DNA from: Felis catus
Lineage: Eukaryota
DNA: 64,000 nt
Direction: 5' to 3'
NCBI RefSeq assembly: GCF_018350175.1
Contig: NC_058368.1
Location: 137,084,001 to 137,148,000 of the forward strand
Translations under genes and position numbers: made by a program
In this document: one piece after another, positions 37,884 to 48,160 of the stretch
Layout: every line of letters begins with the position of its first letter
Position numbering within the stretch: position 1 is the stretch's first letter
The notes under the pieces: generated by a model
Told to the model about the DNA's origin: nothing
Databases searched by the model: none
What the model saw: the letters and a program-made list of their open reading frames with translations, nothing else

Positions 37884-39295
37884 GTGACAGAGGAAATCAG
37901 TACCAAGACACCATCCATGCACCCCAGGAGACTGTAGGGATTGTTTCCACATTGGGGCAGCCTGCTGGCCTTTCTTAATAAAGGAAATTAAACTGATTTA
38001 TGATAATAAAAAACAAATATGGCCAACTTGTATTATAAGGGGCAGAGATAGTATGAAAGGATAAGTGGCCTCTAGATTCCCAAACTTCTGCAAGAGAAAA
38101 CGAGCCAAGACAACTGTCCACACAGATTATGCAGCTGTCCACACAGATTACCTGTGATAGAAAAGAAGGAGGGTGGAGCCAAGAGCCATTGAGAATCATT
38201 CTACGAAGGAATAGCACTGACTAGTGAGGCCTCATAGGAACAGCCTGTGAAGAACTAAGGCCTCTTACTGACAGCCGTGGGAATGAGCAGTACTAGAAAT
38301 GGATCCTGCGGCCTCAGTCAAGCCTTCAGATGACTACAGCCTCACTGGTATCTCGACTTCAACCAGAATCACCAAGCTAAATTGATACCAAATTCTTGAC
38401 TCTCAAACACTCTGTGAGATAATAAGTGCTTATTTTTGTCTTAGGCCACTAAGTTTTGGGGTGCTGTGTTATGTAGTAATTGATAACTAATATAGTGTTA
38501 AATAAATATTTGTTGATGAAATGAAATAAATCATATCTCAAGAAGCAATGTAACCAAATCCTCATTATGACCCATAGTTAAGTACAAGGAATCAGAAATG
38601 TGTACAAGTAGGCCTTTGGCAGGAAGAAAAGTTGACTCTTAATCATAGTTCTCATGTAGACCCATTACATGAAGAGGAAGCATGTGGAGGTGTTACAATT
38701 CATGTCACCAGCTGACTACTGTTGTCCTCTTGAATGCTCAAGGAGTATCCAGAGCATATGTGGAATGGCATGGCAAACACATTGTGACCCAGGAGATCAT
38801 ATTCCACAGGAATTAAGGTTCATCACCCTCTCATTCTCCCTTTGTTCCTCTCATCTACATCTGAATTTATCTTTACTGTCATTGCTTCATTTCCCAGGAT
38901 TATATGCAAGGATCAGAGTATGGCAGATGAAAGCAGTATAGCCAGGAACCACTATCTTATTTTTATACTTATATAAGCATTCCTTTGAACAGGAAGGATT
39001 TAAATACTAGTTCCCAAGAGAGCAAACGCAGATGAACCATCCCAAGAAAGCAGTAAGGAAGGTATAATCCTGCCTCTTTAATAAGTCCACAGGAATCCAT
39101 GGAAAGTTATCTCCCAAGAAGAGAATTGTCACCAGATGGAGAGGTTGAAGGGCCTGATGAGAACAGCATTCACACTGGCTCTGTATTCACAGGTCTGATG
39201 CAGACTTCTTCCGAGGAGTTCATGTCACTGTCTGAAAATTCCTAATGTAAATTCTTACCACGAAGGGATACAAGACGCACTGTTGTTGTTTTACT

Positions 39296-39526
39296 ATTTA
39301 AAAAAAATTTTTTTTATGTTTATTTTATTTTTGACACAGAGAGAGACAGAGCATGAGCGGGGTAGGGGCAGAGAGAGAGAGAGAGGGGGAGACAGAGAAT
39401 CGGAAGCAGGCTCCGGGCTCTGAGCTCTCAGCACAGAGCCTGACGTGGGGCTTGAATTCATAGACCACGAGATCGTGACCTGAGCCAAAGTCGGACGCTC
39501 AACCAACTGAGCCACCCAGGCGCCCC
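39296..39526 (-). mobile_element. Can-SINE
   Basis: TSD tgttgttgttttact. Confidence 0.95.
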
Positions 39527-39634
39527 TTTGTTGTTGTTTTACTTTTTTTTTAACAGTAAAACAGTTGTTTTACTGTTATTACTGTTAAACCCAACAGCAC
39601 TGCTGTAGAATTACCCTCTGAGCTGAAAAATCCT

Positions 39635-39995
39635 AAAATTAGGCTTATATTTGATTGCATACAACAAAAAGCCTGCTGGAAATGGCTTAAAAATATGGGA
39701 GTTCTCTCAAGTGAGAAGGTGCCCAAGGAGTAGACAACCTGAGCCAACTTTGGCTTCCTGTTCTGCCGTCCTTCAAACATCAGCTCCAGGCAGGCATCTC
39801 GGTCACCTTCCATGCAGGAAGGAGGGAGAAGGAAAAGGGGGCAAAAGGCAGAATGGGCATGCCAATCACATCAGTCCCTTTTGAAAAGCTTGCCCAGAAC
39901 CTATATCCAGTGACTCCCACCCACATCTCAGTGGCCAGAACTGGGTTGCTTGACCATTTCTACCTGTGAAGGAGCCTTAAAAGGTGAAGTTTTAG
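39635..39995 (-). mobile_element. Old MLT1 (I/J/K-like) LTR
   Basis: 'tttgattgcatacaacaaaaa...tggcttaaa', 'cacatctcagtggccagaactggg...ctacctgtgaaggag'. Confidence 0.55.
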
Positions 39996-40824
39996 TTCTC
40001 TTGTCTCTTCAACAGAAGAAAGCAGGGAGAGGGGAGTTGCGAGTGCCACACTGAGGGATATAAGAGAGCCTGGGTGCTCTGCTAATCTGTCCTTCTGCCT
40101 CAAATACGACTATTCCCCAAACATAATCCTCTGTAGTAGAATCCATAGTGAATACTGGAATAAAGAAAAAGATCTCTTGCCCCACTCCCCATTTGCAGCA
40201 GAACGAAACAGCAAGATTTGTCTTGTAGAGAACAAATGCCTTGGGAGTCCCTTCACTGGGGGTCAAACCTGTCCTCTCAGCAGGCATAGGTGATTATTTT
40301 TCTTAATTACATTGCTTCGCATCTTGTTATGTGAGCTGTCAGCGTCTTAATTTAGCTAAAGACTCTCCACAATCATATTAGATTTATTTGGTACCTAATT
40401 TACTTAACATAGCTTTTGCTGTGAGAGTTAATCAGAGGCCCCAAAACTCTTAATAAGCTCAATATTTTACAGCGAACACTACCCTGAGGAATGCTTTATG
40501 AAAATGATGACAAGGCACAGGGTCTGTAGCCTTCAGAATCAATAAGTTACTGACTAATGAATTAAGAAGGTCTTGAACTTACACTTCACTACAGGCTTCA
40601 CGTAGCAGATGCACAAATGAGCTTTTGTAAATGCAGCTGGTACTTAGTAGAAAATTTCTCTTAACCCAGCGGCTGGGTGTTGGAGAATCTCTGTAGTCTT
40701 GTAAATAACAACCAAATAACATTTACCATTCAGTAATTTAAATGATCTGGGTTTTGCCACTACTTCTTTCACTCTTTCTTTTGTGATAGACTTTTGTTTT
40801 CTTCTCATGTTTCTAGAAGTCCTG

Positions 40825-41042
40825 GTTTTTTAAATGTTTATTTTTTAATTTATTTTGAGAGGGAGAGAGGGAGAATGAATGGGGGAGAGGTAGAGAGAGA
40901 GGGAGAGAACAAGAATCCCAAGTAGACTCTGCACTGTCAACACAGAGCCTGACTTGGAGCTCGAACTCATGAACTGTAAGATCATGACCTGAGCTGAGAT
41001 CAAGAGTCAGAGGCTTACCCAACTGAACCACCCAGGTGCCCC
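40825..41042 (-). mobile_element. Can-SINE
   Basis: Short TSD agtcctg. Confidence 0.93.
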
Positions 41043-42568
41043 AGTCCTGTCTTTTGATATCAGCGGAAATCACTGAGGAGGATAAAAATACCGTGCTGAG
41101 GTATCTCTCTCTGTATATCAACTAGGGATGAGTTCAGTGCAAGGACCCAACATTGTGTAATTTATAATCCAAGACTGAAAAGACAAACGTAGAGGAACAC
41201 AGGACAATCATAAAACAGACATACCATTTAAAAATACAAATAGCCACCATACCATCTATCAAAACCTTGTGTGTATCCTCTACCTTCACCACTAAATATC
41301 TAACTTGTGTCCTGCAAAAAGTAGCAACTCAAAGAACATTTGCTGAATAAATTATTTTTGTAGTGATGGAGAGTAAAAGGAAGGGAAGAGGGATAAGAAC
41401 AGACAGAATATATGGTCTTGGGTAGACAAGCAATAGGTGTTTGTGGCAAGGCTGGAATTTTTTTTTTCTCCCAGATAAAGAATTATATAGAAACTTCAGA
41501 TTAAAAGGAGCAAGAGAGAACACTTATGTTTAGGGTTGGATGGGAAGACCGACCCAAGTTTCTAGGCTCTAACCTGGAAGGCATGGAAGGTCCAGAAACA
41601 CTGACATGTGGGCCTTTGGAGAAGCAGAGAGAAGCTGGGGCGTTGGGAGAGGACAAAAGAAGTGAAGCACTCCTGGATGCTGAACCTCAGATCCCTCACC
41701 CTTAAATAAAAATAATATTTGCTCGCCTATTTCAGTGGTGTTGTGAGGATTTAATGAAATGGTGTTGTGAAAGTGCTTCTAAAGCTTGAAGACACTCTGT
41801 TAACACAATAGGTCCTTTTTAAACTAATTTCAGCAATGGAACGAGTGAGCAGGTGCTCATATGATGGTAAACTCTGCACAGAGGCAAGACAGGAAGGGAT
41901 TATGGCCCTGGACAGAAATAGCCCAGGGCACTTTAAAGGTCACGGTAGGAATCTCCGATACCCTACGCTTTTTAGGGCCCCAAACTTCCTGAAATGTTTT
42001 CATATAAAGTTGTGTTTATCGCCAGTAGGACTTTATGCGGGATAAGGAGCCTGAGACTCCTGAGGTTAAGGTGCTTAGTAGGCACATACAATTGGTTAAC
42101 AGCAGAGCCAGGACTAGGGCAAACTTCTTGGCTCCTACTCTAAAGCTCTGACCACTCCAGAAAAACCCTCCAGCATTATTCAAGTCCTTGAGTGCCAATT
42201 TCCTTTGTTTCAAGCCCATACAAGTTAATGAACAAAAACAAGAAGAGATGATATAATTTCCCTGTACTTCTGATACCTCACCTATGAACAGTTTTCACAG
42301 GGGAAGTAATGAGCACCATGTTGCATCTAAATTGGTTTCCTTGCTGCAAAGCCAAATCCATCTATTTTCAGGTGAGAAAAGCTGGGTGCTTATGGCCTCC
42401 CTGTGGAGTTCAACGTGGAGATTTGACAAGGCAGAAGCATCATGATGGGCTCTTCTAATGAAAAAGCTAGACCAGTATTAGATTGCAGAGGGGTCCCATC
42501 TGTTTGCGAGGTTCTCTGCTTTGAGCTAGATTTCTTTATGTTGAAGCTGGCCAATACATTGATTTAAA

Positions 42569-42789
42569 GGGGTGCCTAGGTGGTTCAGTTGATTAAGCGT
42601 CCAACACTTGATATCGGCTTAGGTCATGATTTCACAGTTCATTGGGATTGAGAGCCACGATGGGCTCTGTGTTGACAGCACAGAGCCTGCTTGGGTTTCT
42701 CTCTCTCCTTTTCTTGCTCTGCCCCTCCCCTGCCCATGTACACATGTGCTCTTTCTGTCTCTCAAAATAAATAAACTTAAAAAAAAAAG
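42569..42789 (+). mobile_element. Can-SINE
   Basis: ggggtgcctaggtggttcag...ctcaaaataaataaacttaaaaa. Confidence 0.93.
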
Positions 42790-42808
42790 ATTGCTACATT
42801 AAAGAGTT

Positions 42809-43146
42809 TGTTCAGTTCAGGGTGCTATAACAAAAATACCATAGACTGGGTGTCTTAAACAACAAATATCTATTTCTCACAGTCTTGGAGTCTGGAAAGT
42901 CCGAGATCAAAGTGCAGGTAGACCTATTCTCTCTTGAGGACCTGCCTCTTGCCTTGTAGGTATGTTACCTTCTCCCTTATACTCACGTGCCTGAGAAAGA
43001 GATGGTGTCTTCTTACAAGGGCATTAATCCCATAAATGTGGACTCCACCATTATGACCTAATTATCATACCTCCATATACCAACACATTGAGGATGAGGC
43101 TTCAACATATGAATTTGGGGGGGAAACAAACATGTAATTCATAACT
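42809..43146 (-). mobile_element. MLT1A/MLT1A0-like MaLR solo LTR
   Basis: 'tgctataacaaaaataccatagactgggtgtcttaaacaaca...tatttctcacagt...atgacctaatta...gcttcaacatatgaatttgggggg'. Confidence 0.85.
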
Positions 43147-43779
43147 CCATTACCTTGCCTGTTCGACCTGATGTTGACTCTGTCTGATTTATATCCCTCT
43201 AAGAAGTGTAAGCAATAGCCCGTTTTTTATTTCAATTACACAGACCATTTTCCTTCCTACTGAAATGAGAATAGGATGAATTTGCAATAAAATAAGTAGT
43301 TTTGTGAAGTAAACACTCAAACTAATGAAGGCTTGTTGCGTAACAGAGGTGACCTTTCCTTCCCCCTTCACAGTATAAGTAATAGTGTTATCAAGGCAAA
43401 TTTGTGTTATAAACTTTTCATCAAAGAATTATATATGCATCATTTATATGTGCACACATATTGGTAGATTTTTATGAACGTTTGAAAACCTGGAAATACA
43501 ATTTATATTGCTTTTGTAGTCTATACCACACAATTAAGCACTTAATTATGCAGTAATTCTTTTCACATGTTAGTTTTGAAAGCCCTTAGGAGTTGAAGGT
43601 CATGTACTAAACTTTTATGTCCTCCACCAGACCTAACACAGTCTTAAGCATGTAGAAGGTGTTCAAGAAATATTTTTTAATTGGTTGATTTCAACAGATA
43701 AAATATTTCTCCTTAAGTATTCACAAACAGCTGCAGAGGGAGGGAGGATCCAGTGGATGAAGAACTGTTAAGTGCCATG

Positions 43780-44520
43780 TCAAAGAAGATGTGATCACAT
43801 TTTCAGCTTAGGAGGATAACTCTGAAGCCTGCGTGGGGGATGGGGCTGGAAGGGGAGAGGAGGTGGCAGATGATGGGAGCAGGAAGATCTTTTGGAAGCT
43901 GTTTATTGGCCCGGGTGGGAAAAATGTCTCAATAGTGGCAATGATGGGACATGGAAAAGATAAAACAGATGCGGGAGATATGTAGTAAATACAATCAGTG
44001 GAATCTCACTGGAGTAGAAAAGGGAATCTGCAATGACCCCTAGGTTTCAGGCTTAGATAGTTGTGTCATTATCCAAAATAGGAAACACTGCATGATGAGT
44101 AAGTCAGGAGTGGGAAGGGATAAAGAATTTCATATTGGACCTTTTGAGTTTGGGAACCAGCAGAAAATCTAGATAAAAAGTTCTAGTTAGAAATTATAAA
44201 TGTGTGGGCCCATCTCACGGAGAAGAGGGAAGTTTGAAGCACAGATTTAGACTTGAGGGTTGTCAGAGCACGGATGGTAGTTGAAGGTGTGGGTGTCGAT
44301 GAGAGGGAGTGAGGACAGGAGCGTGTGCAGCTTTATGACAGGCCCAGGAAGGAACTTGAGAGGAAGCTACTGAGGGCACAGAAGAGGTGAGGGTGGTGCC
44401 CTGAGGCCTCACGGGGGCACACAAGAAGTGACTACAGTCAATAAAATCAAAGGTCAAACTGCTGGAGAAAGGTGACTGGTGATTAGCACTCAGAGAAAGC
44501 AAATGTCAGATGATGGCAGT
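43780..44520 (-). mobile_element. L2 fragment
   Basis: 'aatgacccctaggtttcaggcttag...tttcatattggaccttttgagtttg' and other antisense L2 motifs. Confidence 0.6.
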
Positions 44521-45329
44521 GCCCAGGTTGCAGCTGCAGGAGAAGCTCTTGAAGGTTCACTCCTGACACACTCCTGCACTGTGACCCTTACTAGAGCCTC
44601 AAACTTTACCTTTTTCCTTTGTATTCACACCTTCCCCCTGTCTCCAAATCTCACAATTCAACCATAGTCTCACTCTTGCATGCAATCTCTCTATCCGTTC
44701 CCAACATAGGTTCTGTTGTTTGTTTTGAAATGGTGCCATTGGGGCTGTGTTTGTTGGACAAAAAAAAATGAGGCTGTATAACCAAAAGACAAAACTGGGT
44801 TTCTACAGATATAAAAGGAACCAATGACCAATTAGGAGGGAAATTGTGATTCAGTATAAAAAGCCTTGTCTAACTGGCAAAGCTACATAACAATGACATC
44901 GTCAGCCCAGTTGGGTGCTGAGTCATCTATGCCTGGAAACATCCAGGAATAGAGGTGATAATAATATCTCTTATTTGTATCCATTTTATGATTTCCAAGG
45001 TGCTGTATAGGGAGACTCCCCTTCTTGGCTTTGTGTTTAATGACCTTGCTGATGCTTCCCCATCTACTTTGGTCAAGAACTTCAAACTAAAAGCCCACTG
45101 CTAACCACTGTCACTGACATTGAGTTGGTTTCAGAAAGTCCCAAATGGTTTTTGACAACTGAGCAGCATTTGTTGAGCCATTCAAGTATATTTGTGCACA
45201 TGTGATACTCATTCATTCATCTGTCCATTCATCTATAACATGTATTGAGCATCTATGCAGTGCCAAGCACTGTCCAGGTGCTAAGGATGCAGAGAGAAGG
45301 AAGCAAAGCCACGATCCCTGCAGCAGAGG

Positions 45330-45990
45330 GTGTTTATGCCCCAGTAATCATCTATTCATCCTGTAAATCGCCTGCTGACAGGTCCCATCCAGGCCAATGG
45401 CTTCCAGCTTCTCTGTGCCTCAGGGTGTTCTCTGGCCATGGCATACTTGGCCCATGCACAGGAGCGTTCCTCTGCCCATGATGGGGGTAAGTTGGTGAAT
45501 AAGTGCCCCCGCTTCCTTGTTCTTTGGTCAGACAATGTGAGGTGTGATCTTTTTAGAATGTCCAAGGCTCGCCAATAGAACTGAGCCCAGTTCTTGAGCC
45601 CACAGCAGAAACGTTATTAAAGCTCTGTCTCTTGTCTCTCTTCCATTCCCTGTCTCACTTCCTCACTTGAAAACTGTGCTTCTTTTTTTGTTTGTTTGTT
45701 TATTTTTGAGAGAGAGACAGAGACAGAGCCTGAGCAGTGGAGGGGCAGAGAGAGAGAGAGAGAGGGAGACACAGAATCCAAAGCAGGCTCCAGGCTGTGA
45801 GCTGTCAACACAGAGCCCAATGTGGGGCTCAAACTGACAAACTGCGAGATCATGACCTGAGCCGAAGTCAGACGCTTAACCGACTGAGCCACCCAGGAGC
45901 CCCTGAAAACTGTGCTGCTTGGGAGCATCTTCTAAATAAACTACTTGCCCTCAAATCCTTAATTCAGGAATTGCTTTTGGGGGAACATGT
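45330..45990 (+). mobile_element. LTR16-type ERVL LTR interrupted by a SINE
   Basis: 'ttccctgtctcacttcctcact...catcttctaaataaactacttgccctcaaatcctt...ttttgggggaac'. Confidence 0.65.
45683..45904 (-). mobile_element. Can-SINE
   Basis: TSD tgaaaactgtgct. Confidence 0.95.
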
Positions 45991-47299
45991 CCTCAGGGGC
46001 CTTCCAACCTAATAGGGCACATGCATTATTATTAAGGCTATAGATTCACTTGAGTAAACCATACTGAGAAAATCAGAGGCACCTTCCTTAGGAAGGACAA
46101 ATGCATTATGTGGCTATCCCTTTCAGTGCCTTTAGGACAGAATTTAACTTGCAAAAAGACACTCAGGGACACCTGCAAGGCAAAGCCAGTCCAGAACACC
46201 TGTGCCGAGCTTTGGCACACAGAAATGAAATTTCCAAGTATCCCACAGGCACCACCATGCAGCGCATGTACAAGAGGAAAATAGGGAGAGTACGGGAGGA
46301 AAAAGATCATTGTAAAGTGCCCTGTAATGGCCTCATTTTAGCCACTGGTTGTCTTTGTCTTCACTGGGGAGCACACACACTCTGACTCAGTAAGACTTTT
46401 TATCCCTGGACACAAGGTCACTCCTGTGGCAGCTTTGGTTGTTGGCTGCTGGTTGGGAGGAATTTGAAAAATCTGGGACTTCATGCCCCCAAAAGAGCAG
46501 CATCATGGAGAAGGGGAAATAGTATCTGACAGGCAGCCTGATATCCTCCTTTTATACCAATGTCCTTGAAACACAGGTGTAAGTGATTAGGATCACAACC
46601 ACAACCTTCTCTAAGGCCATCTAGTATCCCCTAGTCAGACATGGTTTGTGCAAAAAGGATCAGTGTGAGCTTTAGGGTCTGCTCCCCATTGAATTTCAGT
46701 TAAGTTTAAGCATGTCTAGCAAACTATTGGAAGAGCTTCAAGACCAGTCCATATCATAAGCTGATTTACCTGAAGGCTTTTATTGTTTTAGGGAGGAAGT
46801 TTTGAGCTCTGTTTTCTGGGGCAGAGAAGGCAGATATGAGGTGACTGTCCTCTGTCAGTCCCCATGAGATGGGTCCTTCAAGCCCAGTGGAGAGGACTTG
46901 AGGAAGAAGCAGAAGGAGTTGTTATCCTTGTGGAGGCCCAAGCAGAGCAGCTTTGGGCATGTGTTAGCAATGGGTCAGAGTTCAGAAAGATGATCCTCTC
47001 CATTTCCCTCTGGACACAGCAGGGCGGTAAGGCCAGAGGAAATGTGGGACCGTGAGATCATTTGATGGGGTCTCCGGCGTGGGGGAACCAGCGGAGGGAA
47101 GCAGCAGCCATGCTCCTTTGCTCTCTGGCTGTGTTGCAGCAGGCACACACCCCTCGTATGAATGAGACCGCAGAACACCATGAGGGGGCTGGGAAGGAGA
47201 CATTAGAGAACTATGGGAACTCCTATAAAATACCCAAAGTGATCCCAGAAGTGATCAGCAGACATTTTGTACCGGGACAGAGAAAGAATTTGGTTCTTT

Positions 47300-47551
47300 T
47301 TTTTTTTTCCTTTTTTTTTTTTGTAAATTGAATTTATTTATTTATTTATTTTTGAGAGAGAGAAAGAGAGAATGCATGGATGCACACACATGCGAGAGCA
47401 TGAGAGGCAGAGAGAGGCGAAGAGAATCCCAAGCAGGCTCCAAGCTGTCAATGTGGAGTCCCATGTGGGTCTCAAACTCACGAACCATGAGATCATGACT
47501 GAGCCAAAATCAAGAGTCAGACACTTAACCAACTGAGCCACCCAGGTGCCC
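47300..47551 (-). mobile_element. Can-SINE
   Basis: TSD agaatttggttctttt. Confidence 0.95.
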
Positions 47552-47973
47552 TGAGAATTTGGTTCTTTTGCATGGAGGTAGGAGTGAAATTTTCAGTTTA
47601 AAAATTCTAATTCAAAGATTGGGAAAACTGGCCCAAATTTGTATCTGTATATGGTGGAGAGGCTCACCCAGTCAGGTGCTGTTCAACAGCTCCTGGGAAA
47701 CCATAGGCAGGACCACGTGGTCTTCAGGGGTCTCCAAAAGTTACTGGTCTCAGTGCACGCCATCTCTGGGCATGAACAATGAACTACTGGCCAGGGAACC
47801 CAAATGTTGCCAAAGGCCATTTGTCCAAAATTTGACTTTACAGGTGTCCAAATCATGTTCAGAGTTTTAAACTATTTTTATAAACTTGTTTTAATTTTGC
47901 AGCTTTATCCTTAGCTAATCTATGCATAGGTGCAAAAGCAAGTTACTTTTCTAGGATTTTTATCGCTCTGAAT

Positions 47974-48160
47974 TAGGGCCACCAGATTGAGCTGATAAAA
48001 CACAAGACATCTAGTTAAATTTGAATTTCAGATAAACAAATAATTTTCATTATAAAAAATTAGCATGCAATATTTGGGACATATTTATACTAAAAGTTAT
48101 TCATTATTTATGTAAAATTCAAACTTAATTATGCATCCCGTTTTTTATCTGGCATCCCTA
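47974..48160. mobile_element. MER53 palindromic hAT MITE
   Basis: TIRs taggg..accaga / tctggcatcccta; 'tagttaaatttgaatttcagataaacaa' mirrored by 'tatttatgtaaaattcaaacttaa'; 8-bp TSD ctctgaat/ctctaaat. Confidence 0.9.

Larger units (their letters stand above)
35849..38494 (+). mobile_element. MLT1F-like MaLR element: 5' LTR (35849-36570), internal region (~36571-38210), partial 3' LTR (~38215-38494)
   Basis: Start tgtggcagtcagcctctgagatggcc; MLT-int start 'ttagtacctgaaagtg...cctaaaacacgggagtggctttt'; second LTR copy 'gaaatggatcct...cagtcaagccttcagatgactacagcc...gataactaatata'; TSD gtgtt at 35844-35848 and 38495-38499. Confidence 0.8.

Noticed and set aside
46038..46385. 94-aa ATG-initiated plus ORF with antisense ORF
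   Set aside because: No recognisable domain or convincing splice context; length is within chance range.
47215..47260. TATAAAA at ~47224 as a promoter
   Set aside because: Single motif with no CpG island or recognisable downstream exon; expected by chance.
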